The notes: generated by a model not told the origin, from the letters alone. DNA of 64,000 bases from an uncultured Clostridium sp. (GCA_946500265.1 CAMMVE010000003.1:21882-85881); one strand, 5' to 3'; counted from the stretch's first letter, positions 27,848-38,550 are shown. Numbers and translations: made by a program.

Positions 27848-28729
27848 ATGGATGGAATCATATTAATTAATAAGCCAAAAGGATGTACTTCGCATGATGT
27901 AGTGAATAAGATAAAACATGTTTTTAATGAAAAAGTTGGTCATACTGGAACTCTTGATCCAAATGCAACAGGCCTTTTACCAATTTTAATTGGTAAGGGT
28001 ACAAAACTTTCGTATTATTTAATTAATCATGATAAAGAGTATGAAGTTGTTTTGAAATTGGGAGAGAAGACTGATACTGCTGATAGTGAGGGGCAAGTTA
28101 TAGAAAAACGTGAAGTAAAAGATACTATGTTAGATGAGAATAATGTTATAGATAGCTTAAAACATTTTATTGGAAAACAAGAACAAGTTCCTCCAATGTA
28201 TTCTGCTATAAAAATAAAAGGCAAAAAGTTATATGAATATGCTAGGAAGAATATTAAAGTTGAAGTAGAGCCTAGACAAATTGAAATATACAGTATAGAA
28301 TTAAGTGATATTAACAAAACAGAACAAACTATTTCATTTAAAGTTAAATGTTCTAAAGGTACATATATAAGGTCTTTATGTGAAGACATTGCAGAAAAGT
28401 TAGGAACAGTTGGTTATATGAAGGAACTAAATAGAACTCAAGTTGGTATTTTCAATATAACAGATAGTATAAGCTTAGATGAATTAGAAGATAATAAAAA
28501 TAATAATGATTTTTTACAGAAACATTTAATCACAATAGAAAAACTTTTTATTAAACTATATAAAGAAAATGAAATACAATTAAATGATAAAAAGTTACAA
28601 TTGTTTTTAAATGGAGTAAAGTTTTCTTTGAATAATCCAGAAGGACTTTATAGAATTTATGATGAAAACAATAAATTTATAGGAATAGGATGTATAGAGT
28701 CAGGAAGACTATCAAGAAAAATAGTTTAG
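27848..28729 (+). CDS. truB: tRNA pseudouridine(55) synthase TruB
   Basis: GIILINKPKGCTSHDVV..GHTGTLDPNATGLL conserved TruB core. Confidence 0.9.
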   Translation: MDGIILINKPKGCTSHDVVNKIKHVFNEKVGHTGTLDPNATGLLPILIGKGTKLSYYLINHDKEYEVVLKLGEKTDTADSEGQVIEKREVKDTMLDENNVIDSLKHFIGKQEQVPPMYSAIKIKGKKLYEYARKNIKVEVEPRQIEIYSIELSDINKTEQTISFKVKCSKGTYIRSLCEDIAEKLGTVGYMKELNRTQVGIFNITDSISLDELEDNKNNNDFLQKHLITIEKLFIKLYKENEIQLNDKKLQLFLNGVKFSLNNPEGLYRIYDENNKFIGIGCIESGRLSRKIV

Positions 28730-28839
28730 AGTGCTAACTTTGTAAATACTTTGTGAAAATTCAAAAATTGTATTGAAAAAAATAATTTAATATGATAATA
28801 TATAGTTACATTAAGAAAATAAATATTAATTCCCTGCGT

Positions 28840-29012
28840 AGTGCGTGTAGACTGGAATTTTAGAACCAACAATAGATTAAAGGGAGTCCGCCTTTGAATG
28901 TGGCGTGTAAGCTTGCATTTATGTAAGAAACCCAGGAGCATTCAACAAGACACCCACCTGTGAAAGCAGGCTCTTAAAATTTCATTCATCTTGCGGCTAA
29001 TGTGGGGGATTT
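28840..29012 (+). promoter_or_regulatory. GC-elevated ~170-nt candidate structured RNA / cis-regulatory leader ending in terminator-like CACCCAC...GTGGGGGATTTTTG
   Basis: Local GC far above the 28% background with no ORF; GNRA-like hairpin CCTG-tgaaag-CAGG; T-run just before RBS of gene at 29031; family not identified. Confidence 0.3.
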
Positions 29013-29030
29013 TTGTATGGAGGAAAGTCT

Positions 29031-29933
29031 TTGACAATTGGTAAATTAAAAGAAATAGGAAAAAAACAGCTAGAAAATTTAGAAGATGGAAAAATAAAAG
29101 CACATATTTTATTAGAATTTATTTTAAATATGAGTAATTCTGAGCTTGTTATATATGAAAATAAATCTGTGGATGAGCAAGATGTAAATGCATATCTGCA
29201 ATATTTAAATGAGGTAAAAGAAGGTTATCCAGTGCAATATATAACTCATAATCAAGCTTTTATGGGACTTGATTTCTATGTAGATGAAAATGTTTTAATT
29301 CCACAACCAGATACGGAAATTCTAGTAGAAGAAGCAATTAGAGTAATTAATGAAAAAAATACTAATATTACGAAAGAAATAAATAAAAGAGAAAAAGTCA
29401 TAGATGCTCAGAAGATTAATCAAGAAGAATACAATGTTTTAGATTTATGTACAGGAAGCGGTGCTATTGCAATTTCTATTGCTAAGTATACAAATGCTAA
29501 AGTATATGCATCAGATGTAAGCAATGAAGCTTTAAATGTAGCCAGAAAAAATGCTAAAAAACATGAAACTAATATAGAATTTATAAATTCTGATATGTTT
29601 AATAATATTGCAAAAAATGATTTTGATATTATTGTTTCAAATCCACCTTATATAGAAAAAAGCACAATACCTTTGTTAGATAAAGAGGTGCAAAGTGAGC
29701 CACAAATTGCTTTAGATGGTGGAGATGATGGATTAGATTTTTATAGAATTATATCAGAGCAAGCATATAGATTTTTAAAAAAAGACGGAAGTTTAATGCT
29801 GGAAATAGCTTATAATCAAAAAAATAGTGTAAGTGAACTGTTAGCTCAAAACGAACATTATTCAAATATAGAATGTATTAAAGACTTAGCTGGAAATGAT
29901 AGAGTAATTATTGCGAGAGTAAATAAAATTTAA
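29031..29933 (+). CDS. prmC: Release-factor glutamine N5-methyltransferase (PrmC/HemK-like) with ~30-aa insertion
   Basis: NPPY motif IIVSNPPYIE, SAM-binding LDLCTGSGAIAIS; TTG start 29031 with GGAGGAAAG SD (ORF-track 29013 start unlikely). Confidence 0.65.
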   Translation: MTIGKLKEIGKKQLENLEDGKIKAHILLEFILNMSNSELVIYENKSVDEQDVNAYLQYLNEVKEGYPVQYITHNQAFMGLDFYVDENVLIPQPDTEILVEEAIRVINEKNTNITKEINKREKVIDAQKINQEEYNVLDLCTGSGAIAISIAKYTNAKVYASDVSNEALNVARKNAKKHETNIEFINSDMFNNIAKNDFDIIVSNPPYIEKSTIPLLDKEVQSEPQIALDGGDDGLDFYRIISEQAYRFLKKDGSLMLEIAYNQKNSVSELLAQNEHYSNIECIKDLAGNDRVIIARVNKI

Positions 29934-29971
29934 GTTCATGTAAAAAATATATAAGTATAAGAGGTAAGTTT

Positions 29972-30832
29972 ATGTCGTTTTCTACAGATGTAAAAGAAGA
30001 GTTAAGTAAATTAAGTAATTTAGCAGATAAAACTTGTGTAAAAGCAGAAATGTATGGCTATTTGTGTTCTAATAATGTATCAGAGGACAAATCGTGCATA
30101 CGCTTTTCTACAGAGAGCGAGTATAATATTAATAGATTTAGTAAATTACTAAATAATTTAAATATAATAAAATATGATATAAATATTGTGGGAAAAAATT
30201 ATAATATTGTTATATCGAAAGAAGGAAGCATCATATTAAGAGAACTCTATAAAGAATATGAGTTGGAAGATAAAGAAAATATAAAAAAAGCATTTATACG
30301 AGGGGTTTTTCTTGGAAGCGGAACTATAAATAATCCTAAAAATAAATATCATTTGGAAATTATATTTAGGAAAATGGAATTTGCTCAAACTTCGATAGAA
30401 ATATTAAAAGAATTTGGAATTGCCTTAAAAATATTAAACACAAGTGAAAGATATTCTCTATATACAAAAGACGGAGAGGAAATTTCTAAATTTTTAGCAT
30501 TTATCGGAGCAAGTAGTTCTGTATTAAAGTTTGAAGAAATCAGAGTATACAGAGATATGAGGAACAATATTAACAGAATAGTGAATTGCGAGACTGCAAA
30601 CCTTTCAAAAACTGTGAATGCTGCAGTAAAGCAAATCGAAGCGATAAATAAATTAAAAGAAAATGGGAAATTTGCCAAGCTTCCAGACACTTTAAAGGAA
30701 TTGGCGGAATTAAGAGTCGAAAATCCAGAGTCATCTTTAACAGAATTGGGAAAAATACTTAAATCGCCAATTGGCAAATCAGGTGTAAATCATAGGCTAC
30801 AAGCTATATTAAAAATTGCAGAAGAAGAGTAA
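29972..30832 (+). CDS. whiA: DNA-binding sporulation/cell-division regulator WhiA
   Basis: N-term MSFSTDVKEELSKL.., C-terminal HTH ..LKELAELRVENPESSLTELGKIL..GVNHRL. Confidence 0.85.
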   Translation: MSFSTDVKEELSKLSNLADKTCVKAEMYGYLCSNNVSEDKSCIRFSTESEYNINRFSKLLNNLNIIKYDINIVGKNYNIVISKEGSIILRELYKEYELEDKENIKKAFIRGVFLGSGTINNPKNKYHLEIIFRKMEFAQTSIEILKEFGIALKILNTSERYSLYTKDGEEISKFLAFIGASSSVLKFEEIRVYRDMRNNINRIVNCETANLSKTVNAAVKQIEAINKLKENGKFAKLPDTLKELAELRVENPESSLTELGKILKSPIGKSGVNHRLQAILKIAEEE

Positions 30833-30911
30833 TTAATGTATGAGAATAATACGCTTTTTATTAGAGTTTTAATAAATATGAAAGGTTATATAGAAAGGAA
30901 AGACAGCAAAA

Positions 30912-32085
30912 TTGAAAACAAAAAATATAGGAATATACATACATATACCATTTTGCAAAAGGAAATGTGAATATTGTGATTTTGTATCTTATTCAAATTG
31001 CAATAATTTAATACCGGAATATGTTAAGTGGTTAAAATATGAAATAAGAGAAATAGGAGATTCGAATAAATTAGATTTCGAAAATGGATTAGATGATTTT
31101 GTTATAGTAAAAACAATATATATTGGTGGAGGAACTCCTTCAGTTATAGATGAATGCTATATTAGAGAAATTATGCAAGAACTTAAAAGTCATTTTACCA
31201 TATCAGAAGATGCAGAAATAACAATAGAAGTAAATCCGGGTACTGTAGATGAGAGAAAGCTTGCATCATATAGAAAATCAGGTATAAACAGACTTAGCAT
31301 AGGCTTGCAATCAACGAATGATAAATTATTAAAATTATTAGGAAGAATTCATTCATATGAAGAATTTCTAAGTACATATAACATGGCAAGAAAAGTTGGA
31401 TTTAGTAATATAAATGTAGACTTAATGATAGGACTTCCACAGCAAAAATTAGAAGATGTAGAGAAAACTATAGAAGAAATAATAAAACTAAATCCAGAGC
31501 ATATATCAGCATATTCGCTAATAATAGAAGAGGGAACTCCTTTTGCAAAGAAGATAGAAAGCGGAGAATTGCAGTTACCAGATGAAGAAATTGAAAGAAA
31601 GATGTACTGGCTAGTAAAGAAAAAATTGGAGGAAGCGGGATATAGTCATTATGAAATTTCAAACTTTGCAAAGTTAGGATATGAGTCAAAGCATAACACG
31701 TCATGTTGGAACCAAGATGAATATATAGGAATTGGTGTGGCAGCACATTCTTACACAAATAATGTGAGATATTCTACAATTGAGAGTATTAGTGAGTACA
31801 TAAATAATTTTGAGACTAATAATGAATCAGATAATTTAATATTTCATGAAAAACAAAATAGAGAAAGTAAGATGAAAGAATTCATGCTTCTAGGACTTAG
31901 AAAACTAAAGCGGAATTTCTATAAAGGATTTTAAAAATAAATTTGGTGAAAATCCAATATTCCTATATAGAAACGAATTAGAAAAATTAGTAGGAGAAGA
32001 ATTGCTAGAAATAGATGGAGATTATATAAAACTTACAGAGAAGGGAATAGACTTAGCAAATTTAGTATGGGAAGAATTCGTGTAA
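30912..32085 (+). CDS. hemW: Radical-SAM heme chaperone HemW (HemN-like), interrupted by apparent frameshift between 31908 and 31930
   Basis: CxxxCxxC (FCKRKCEYCDF); main frame stops 31934 but adjacent frame continues ..KDFKNKFGENPIFLYRNELEKLVGEELLEIDGDYIKLTEKGIDLANLVWEEFV* = typical HemW C-terminal domain. Confidence 0.75.
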
Positions 32086-32096
32086 GAACTTGGAAA

Positions 32097-32137
32097 CTTG
32101 AACAAAAGGGACACTCCTTTTTGTTCAAGCTCTTGAA
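32097..32137. repeat. A-type palindromic element CTTGAACAAAAGGGACACTCCTTTTTGTTCAAG
   Basis: Hairpin with GACACT loop; shares core with 15272-15330, 33051-33172, 63508-63600. Confidence 0.6.
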
Positions 32138-32217
32138 CATTTGAGATAGTTATATTCGTTCAATTCAAGAAAAACAAAAGACGAAAGGATCTACTGCCTT
32201 TCGCTTAAGTTTTCTAT

Positions 32218-32940
32218 TTAATTAAATTGTTCATAGTATTCGTCCAAGCTATCAAGCAAATCATTTGCATCCGATTCAGATAAATAGCCATATTCTTGCA
32301 TATCCGATATTACTTTTTCTTGACGGCTTCTTGTTAAGTCCGGATTTACTGTAGGAGCATATACACTAGGAGCATTTGGCACTCCTGCCATCATTGTACA
32401 GTCTGCTAAAGTCATTTCCGTTGATGATTTGCCTAGGTAACCTTGGCAAGCTTCTTCTATTCCATAATATCCATCTCCAAAATATATTGTATTTACGTAT
32501 AATTCTACAATATCATCTTTGGAGTATTTGTTTTCTAAATCAAATGCTGTTATTATTTCTGCTATTTTTCGTACAATAGGTCTATCTTCTTCTATATAGA
32601 ATATATTTTTAGCTACTTGCTGAGCAATTGTGCTTCCACCTTCACGCAATGACATAGTTGTTATATTTACATATAGAGCACGACCTATTGCAATAATGTC
32701 TATTGCTCCATGGTCTCTATATCTATGATCTTCTACAGCTATAACTGCATTTATATAATTCTGCGGCAAATCTTCATATTGAACATAGCTAGGGTCGAGC
32801 TGTATATCTTCTATAACTTCTTCAAGGGTTTGATCTCCGAGAGCTTCTTTATACATATTATTACCGAGTACAAATAATGTAATTCCAGTTATAAGGATAA
32901 TTGCTAATATAATTAGTAGTACATTTCTTACTATTTTCAA
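32218..32940 (-). CDS. Monofunctional peptidoglycan transglycosylase (GT51 domain) with N-terminal TM anchor
   Basis: ..AVEDHRYRDHGAIDIIAIGRA..REGGSTIAQQVAKNIF.. transglycosylase motifs. Confidence 0.8.
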   Translation of the reverse strand: MKIVRNVLLIILAIILITGITLFVLGNNMYKEALGDQTLEEVIEDIQLDPSYVQYEDLPQNYINAVIAVEDHRYRDHGAIDIIAIGRALYVNITTMSLREGGSTIAQQVAKNIFYIEEDRPIVRKIAEIITAFDLENKYSKDDIVELYVNTIYFGDGYYGIEEACQGYLGKSSTEMTLADCTMMAGVPNAPSVYAPTVNPDLTRSRQEKVISDMQEYGYLSESDANDLLDSLDEYYEQFN

Positions 32941-33050
32941 ATCTAGTCACCTCTTATACTTTTTTATTTATAAATTCTATCTATCTCTACTAAAAAATAT
33001 TATAACATATAAATGTATATTTTTTTATTAATAATTTATTAAAATTAAAA

Positions 33051-33172
33051 GTGTCCCAAAAGTTCAAAGACTTGAACGAAAAGGAGTGTTCCTAAAGTTC
33101 AAAGACTTGAACGAAAAGGAGTGTCCCTAAAGTTTAAAAAATGGACAAAAAGGAGCGTCCTTTTTGCCCAAG
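33051..33172. repeat. Tandem array (about 3 units) of A-type elements (GGAGTGTyCCTAAAGTTCAAAGACTTGAACGAAAA) ending in hairpin CAAAAAGGAGCGTCCTTTTTG
   Basis: Direct repeats read in sequence; last hairpin plus T-run on minus strand serves as murC terminator. Confidence 0.6.
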
Positions 33173-33179
33173 ATAGAGC

Positions 33180-34559
33180 TTAGTCTACTAACATTGGTCC
33201 TAGATTTGTTATTGTTCCTGCGCCAAGTGTTAAAACTATGTCATTTGGCTCAGCATGTTCTTTTAAATAATCTACAATTTCTCCAAAACCTGACATATAT
33301 TGTGCATCGCGTCCTAATTCGTTGATTTTTTTAACTAAATCTCTTGATGATATGTTATATGTATTGTTTTCTCTTGCAGCATAGATATCTGTAACGATAA
33401 TATTATCAAAATTCAATAAAGCATTTGCAAAATCATCTAATAAATTTTTTGTTCTGCTATAAGTATGTGGTTGAAATACAACCCAAGATTTATTATACTT
33501 TTTTTGTTTTAATGCATTTGCGGTAGCAACTATTTCAGTAGGATGATGACCATAATCATCATAAACATTTACTCCATTAAAACTTCCCTTGTATTCAAAT
33601 CTTCTGTGTGCGCCAGTGTATTTTAACAATGCATTTTTTATACTTTCTCTTTCAATTCCATATGCTTGACATACAGCAACGCAAGCAAGTGCATTCATAA
33701 CATTGTGCATTCCTGGAACAGATAGAGTTATAGTTTTGAAAAATGTGTTGTTATAATATACATCAAATGTAGGGAAACCATTATTGTTAAATACGATATT
33801 TCTAGCTATAAAGTTAGCATTTTCACTTTGAATTCCATAAGTTAATACTTTAGCACTTGTATTTTTTGCAAGTTTCCTACAATTTGGGTCATCCCAATTT
33901 ATAACTAGAAGTCCATTTTCTGGAATAAGTTTTATATAATTTCCAAATGATTTAATAATGTTTTCTAATGTACCAAAATAATCTAAATGGTCATTATCTA
34001 CATTTAAAATAACTTCTGTTTTAGGGAAGAGCTTTAAATAACTTTCTACGTATTCACAAGCCTCAATAATAAAATAATTGCTATTACCAACTCTATAATT
34101 TCCATCAAGTTGTTTTAAATAAGCACCAACTTGAATAGAAGGGTCTTTATGATCCTCTAAAAAACATAGAGAAATCATAGAAGTTGTTGTTGTTTTTCCA
34201 TGTGTACCAGATACACAAATAGTATCTTTAAAAGATTTTGTGATAATTCCTAAGAAAGTTCCTCTTTCAATAATAGGTATATTAAGTTCTCTTGCTCTAA
34301 TTAATTCAGGATCATCCTTTTTTATAGCAGCACTAAAAACTACTAAATTAGCTTTTTCAACATTTTGTAAATCATGACCTATTGTAACAGGAATATGATT
34401 TTTTACTAATTTATCAGTTATTTCAGATTGAGCCCAGTCTGAACCAGTAACGATAAAACCACATGAATGAAGTATTTCTGCGATACCGCTCATACTAACT
34501 CCGCCTATACCTATCATATGTATATGTTTGTATTGCTTTAAATCTTCAATTTCTATCAT
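33180..34559 (-). CDS. murC: UDP-N-acetylmuramate--L-alanine ligase
   Basis: ..IHMIGIGGVSMSGIAEIL.., GTHGKTTTTSMI P-loop, Mur ligase C-terminal domain. Confidence 0.9.
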   Translation of the reverse strand: MIEIEDLKQYKHIHMIGIGGVSMSGIAEILHSCGFIVTGSDWAQSEITDKLVKNHIPVTIGHDLQNVEKANLVVFSAAIKKDDPELIRARELNIPIIERGTFLGIITKSFKDTICVSGTHGKTTTTSMISLCFLEDHKDPSIQVGAYLKQLDGNYRVGNSNYFIIEACEYVESYLKLFPKTEVILNVDNDHLDYFGTLENIIKSFGNYIKLIPENGLLVINWDDPNCRKLAKNTSAKVLTYGIQSENANFIARNIVFNNNGFPTFDVYYNNTFFKTITLSVPGMHNVMNALACVAVCQAYGIERESIKNALLKYTGAHRRFEYKGSFNGVNVYDDYGHHPTEIVATANALKQKKYNKSWVVFQPHTYSRTKNLLDDFANALLNFDNIIVTDIYAARENNTYNISSRDLVKKINELGRDAQYMSGFGEIVDYLKEHAEPNDIVLTLGAGTITNLGPMLVD

Positions 34560-34802
34560 TTTTGAACACTCCCCATATATTAATGCCTAAACCACGAATA
34601 TTATATACTCTTTTTTCAAGTTTTTCAATATAATATATGATAAATTTGTGATTTTAGTGTTAGAAAAATATTTTGTAGAAAAATGCAAAAATAAAGAAGG
34701 AATTATTATTTTTTTGAAGAATAATATAATTGTACATAGAAAAGGTCACAAAAGACAATTAAAATGTACAAATTTTAAAAAACTCGGAAGGCGGTGCACA
34801 AA

Positions 34803-35078
34803 ATGCAAATAACAGATGTACGTTTAAGAAAAGTAAATTCAGAGAACAGAATGAAAGCTGTTGCTTCTGTAACATTCGATAATGAATTCGTTGTACACGA
34901 CATTAAAGTTATCGAAAGCCAAGATGGATTATTCATTGCTATGCCAAGCAGAAAAACTCCAAACGGAGAATTCAAGGATATAGCTCATCCAATAAATCCA
35001 GAGACAAGAGAGAAAATTCAAAAAGCTATATTAGAAGCTTATGAAGCTCCTGAGGCTGATGAAACTTCAGCAGAATAA
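34803..35078 (+). CDS. spoVG: Septation protein SpoVG
   Basis: [38 protein letters not shown].. highly conserved SpoVG. Confidence 0.9.
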   Translation: MQITDVRLRKVNSENRMKAVASVTFDNEFVVHDIKVIESQDGLFIAMPSRKTPNGEFKDIAHPINPETREKIQKAILEAYEAPEADETSAE

Positions 35079-35098
35079 TAAATATAGATAAAAAAGTA

Positions 35099-35129
35099 AG
35101 AGGGTACCTATCAAGGTTCCCTCTTTTTG
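35099..35129. terminator. Bidirectional intrinsic terminator between spoVG and minus-strand gene
   Basis: AGAGGGTACC-tatcaa-GGTTCCCTCT then TTTTT. Confidence 0.6.
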
Positions 35130-35144
35130 TTAGGATACAATTGT

Positions 35145-35603
35145 TTATCCTAACAGTTTGAAGAAGTTGTCTACGCCTATGCTAATGGCTAAGTCCTTGG
35201 TTTCGAAGGAAACCAACAAGACGTAGAGTGAGTCAGGGTATTCCTCTGGCATTTCAGTTAAATCCAAATGCATATGGCATTTGTTGGATTTGACTGACTT
35301 GATGTTGCTAGACTGAATAGCACTTAACATGTTGAACATGGAGCAAAATTTGCTCATTTCTGTAACGTTAACTGCTTTTGCCGTGGGCTTCATTAATGCC
35401 TCGCTTGAAAGCGAAGCTCTTGAAAGCGGTGCCTCGCCTTCATTTACCACTACAGATGGAATGAAGGTAAGCTTGCTGTTAGCCCATTGACTCAGGTACT
35501 TCACGGGTCCATCTGAATCCTTAATAGAATTCATAAACCGCTTGAAGTGTGCACTTGGCTCTTTGTAAAGAGGCAAGTAGAGCTTGTAGCTGTAAGTTTC
35601 CAT
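35145..35603 (-). CDS. Hypothetical protein with atypical (about 42%) GC
   Basis: 152-aa ORF, compositionally distinct from flanks; no recognisable family. Confidence 0.55.
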   Translation of the reverse strand: METYSYKLYLPLYKEPSAHFKRFMNSIKDSDGPVKYLSQWANSKLTFIPSVVVNEGEAPLSRASLSSEALMKPTAKAVNVTEMSKFCSMFNMLSAIQSSNIKSVKSNKCHMHLDLTEMPEEYPDSLYVLLVSFETKDLAISIGVDNFFKLLG

Positions 35604-35734
35604 GTTGAATTTGCGCCTCCTACGCGTTTAACTAAACAATTCCTTCAAACGAACAACGTTACATTACTGTAACAATATAATTATAGCATAAAACATGATA
35701 TAATGCAAAAAAATCAACTTTTACCAAATTTTTC

Positions 35735-35763
35735 TTGAAATATATTACCAATTACTGTATAAT
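35735..35763 (+). promoter_or_regulatory. Putative asnS promoter TTGAAA-17-TATAAT
   Basis: -35 35735-35740, -10 35758-35763; ~140-nt leader without T-box motif. Confidence 0.4.
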
Positions 35764-35907
35764 ACTATTATTAATTTATGCAGAGGTTGAAGCAAAAGAA
35801 AAGCAGAAAATGAGGCTATATTACTTTTCTATGAGAAATAATATAAATAGCAAAACTACTTTTCTTATATGACTTAAAATTTACCTTTGGGGAGGAATGA
35901 CAATAAT

Positions 35908-37302
35908 ATGAAAGATTACACTTTAGTAAAACAGCTATACAGAAACACTGATGAGTATAGTGGAAAAAAAGTTAAATTGGCTGGATGGATAAGAACTCTA
36001 AGAGACTCTAAGAATTTTGGATTTATAGAATTAAATGACGGTTCATTTTTTAATAATGTACAGGTCGTTTTTGATAATAATTTAAATAATTTTGAAGAAG
36101 TGCGTAAGTTAACAATTAGTTCCTCAATTGAGGTTGAAGGAGAAGTTGTTAAAACAGAAAATGCTAAACAACCTTTTGAAATTAAGGCTACTAAAATAGA
36201 TGTTGTAAATTTGGCAGACTCAGATTATCCACTTCAAAAGAAAAGACATTCTTTTGAATATTTAAGAACAATTGCACATCTAAGACCTAGAACAAACACA
36301 TTTAATGCAGTTTTTAGAGTAAGGTCTGTGTTATCATATGCAATTCATAAATTCTTCCAAGAAAAAGGTTTTGTTTATGTTCATACACCAATAATAACTG
36401 GAAGCGACTGTGAGGGAGCAGGAGAGATGTTTGGAGTAACAGCTCTTGATATGGATAATCCTCCAAAAGGAGAAGATGGAAAAGTTGACTTTTCTCAAGA
36501 TTTTTTTGGAAAATCTTCTCATTTAACAGTTAGTGGACAGCTTGATGTAGAAACTTTTGCACATGCTTTTAGAAATGTATATACTTTTGGACCTACTTTT
36601 AGAGCAGAAAATTCAAATACTGTAAAACATGCAGCAGAGTTTTGGATGATAGAGCCTGAAATTTGTTTTGCTGATTTAACAGATTTTATGGATTTAGCAG
36701 AAGAAATGATGAAATACATTATAACTTATGTAAGAGAGAATGCACCAGAAGAAATGGAATTCTTCAACAAGTTTGTAGACACTGGACTATTCGAAAGATT
36801 AGACAATGTGGTTAATAATGATTTTGGAAGAATAACATATACAGATGCTATAAAAGAATTAGAAAAAGTAAACGATAAGTTTGAATTCCCTGTTCATTGG
36901 GGTGTAGACATACAAACAGAACATGAAAGATACTTAAGTGAAGTTATATTCAAACGTCCTGTTTTTGTTACAGATTATCCAAAAGATATTAAGGCATTCT
37001 ATATGAAACAAAATCCAGATGGAAAAACAGTTGCAGCAGCTGATTTACTAGTTGCAGGAATTGGGGAGATAATTGGTGGAAGTCAAAGGGAAGATGATTT
37101 TGAAAAATTAGAAGAAAGAATGAAAGAATTAAAATTATCAAAAGAAGATTACTGGTGGTACATGGACTTAAGACGTTATGGCTCTTGCCCACATGCTGGA
37201 TATGGATTAGGATTCGAAAGAATGATGATGTACTTAACAGGTGTGCAAAATATACGTGATGTGCTTCCATTCCCAAGAACACCAAAAAATTGTGAATTTT
37301 AG
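35908..37302 (+). CDS. asnS: Asparagine--tRNA ligase
   Basis: N-terminal OB-fold region and class II aaRS core (..[25 protein letters not shown]..) ; ATG 35908 with GGGGAGG SD. Confidence 0.9.
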   Translation: MKDYTLVKQLYRNTDEYSGKKVKLAGWIRTLRDSKNFGFIELNDGSFFNNVQVVFDNNLNNFEEVRKLTISSSIEVEGEVVKTENAKQPFEIKATKIDVVNLADSDYPLQKKRHSFEYLRTIAHLRPRTNTFNAVFRVRSVLSYAIHKFFQEKGFVYVHTPIITGSDCEGAGEMFGVTALDMDNPPKGEDGKVDFSQDFFGKSSHLTVSGQLDVETFAHAFRNVYTFGPTFRAENSNTVKHAAEFWMIEPEICFADLTDFMDLAEEMMKYIITYVRENAPEEMEFFNKFVDTGLFERLDNVVNNDFGRITYTDAIKELEKVNDKFEFPVHWGVDIQTEHERYLSEVIFKRPVFVTDYPKDIKAFYMKQNPDGKTVAAADLLVAGIGEIIGGSQREDDFEKLEERMKELKLSKEDYWWYMDLRRYGSCPHAGYGLGFERMMMYLTGVQNIRDVLPFPRTPKNCEF

Positions 37303-37351
37303 GGCAAATCACATAAAAAGTCGTTAAATAAAAAGTTGAATAAAAAAGCAC

Positions 37352-37380
37352 TTGAAAAATAAATGCTACTAAGATAGAAT
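37352..37380 (+). promoter_or_regulatory. Orphan copy of the cassette promoter (TTGAAA-17-TAGAAT) without (AG)n leader
   Basis: CACTTGAAAAATAAATGCTACTAAGATAGAAT nearly identical to 17191-17221 and 58294-58324. Confidence 0.35.
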
Positions 37381-37602
37381 AAAACTATCATGGGACAAGG
37401 ATCATTTCTTCCAACTTATTTTTATTTGTAGCAGCTTCTTGCTCTTTGTATTGCTCAATTTGAAGCTCCATTAATTCTTGTGGTGAATATCCATATAAAC
37501 AATAATGTGGAAGTAGGAAGAAAATCTTTCAAAAAAGTTGTAATAAATGCTAAATTATTATATAATATATATGTACTTTATTTAATTGAATATGGAGGAA
37601 AT

Positions 37603-37896
37603 ATGCCAACAGAATTAAAAAAATATTTTTGGGATACTGATTTTGAAAGATTAGATTTACAAAAAAATAAAGAATATATAATATCAAGATTATATTGTTA
37701 TGGAGATTTGAAAGCAATAAGATGGGTAAACAATACATATTCAAGAGAAGACATAAAAAAAGTTGCTATAAAAAGGAGAGATTTAAAACCAATTGTTGCC
37801 AATTATTTAAGGCAGCAGTTCAATTTGAAAAAAGAAGAGATGGCGTATTATAGAACAGTATCAGCAATAAATTACGAATATTGGAAGGTGAATTAG
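37603..37896 (+). CDS. Small protein upstream partner of AbiEii-like toxin (possible antitoxin)
   Basis: TGGAGGAA SD before ATG 37603; 97 aa (..KKYFWDTDFERLDLQKNKEYIISRLYCYGDLKAIRW..); ends 4 nt before next gene. Confidence 0.5.
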   Translation: MPTELKKYFWDTDFERLDLQKNKEYIISRLYCYGDLKAIRWVNNTYSREDIKKVAIKRRDLKPIVANYLRQQFNLKKEEMAYYRTVSAINYEYWKVN

Positions 37897-37899
37897 CAT

Positions 37900-38550
37900 A
37901 TGCATTTTGAAATAATAGATAAAGCTAGGTTTGAATTATTAAAAAAAATAACAGAAAATGTAAGTATTCCTAATTATTATATGATAGGTGGCACAGGACT
38001 TTCGCTACAGTTAGGACTTCGAGAATCTTTTGATTTTGATTTTTGCGTAAAAGACCAATTTAATAATGAACTCCTATTAGAAGAACTAAAATGTTTAGGT
38101 CAAACTGAAGTAAAACAAAATCAAAAAGGTACTTGCGATGTAATAATTAATGGAGTACAAGTTAGCTTCTTTTATTATCCTAACAAAATTATAAACAATT
38201 ATGTAACAACAAAAGAAATCCCTAAATTAAAAATAGCTAGTATTCTAGATATTGCAATAATGAAAATTGTAGCAATAGGAGGAAGAGGTGCTAAAAAAGA
38301 TTTCTTTGATTTATATCAGATAATAAATAAATGTAATATTAGTCTTAATGATTTAGCAAATGGATTAATTCAAAAGTGTGGAACAAATGTGAACTTTGCC
38401 AATATTGTTATGGGATTAAGCTATTTTGAAGATGCAGAACAAGAAAATTTACCTAAAACTTTTGTAGAATACAACTGGAATGAAATAAAAAAATTTTTTG
38501 TGAAATTTCAAGCAGAATTTTGCAACATATTAGAAAAACTAGAAACATAA
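37900..38550 (+). CDS. AbiEii/AbiGii-family nucleotidyltransferase toxin (DUF1814-like)
   Basis: N-terminal ..YYMIGGTGLSLQLGLRESFDFDFCV.. matches the GGTAL...R.S.DIDF nucleotidyltransferase motif of AbiEii toxins. Confidence 0.65.
   Translation: MHFEIIDKARFELLKKITENVSIPNYYMIGGTGLSLQLGLRESFDFDFCVKDQFNNELLLEELKCLGQTEVKQNQKGTCDVIINGVQVSFFYYPNKIINNYVTTKEIPKLKIASILDIAIMKIVAIGGRGAKKDFFDLYQIINKCNISLNDLANGLIQKCGTNVNFANIVMGLSYFEDAEQENLPKTFVEYNWNEIKKFFVKFQAEFCNILEKLET

Noticed and set aside
33051-33172. Possible CRISPR array (tandem repeats) and the (AG)n tracts
   Set aside because: Repeat units are contiguous with no unique spacers of regular length, no cas genes nearby; (AG)n is a simple microsatellite.
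35640-35907. T-box leader upstream of asnS
   Set aside because: No T-box consensus (AATTAGGGTGGTACCGCG-like) or specifier/antiterminator arrangement found.
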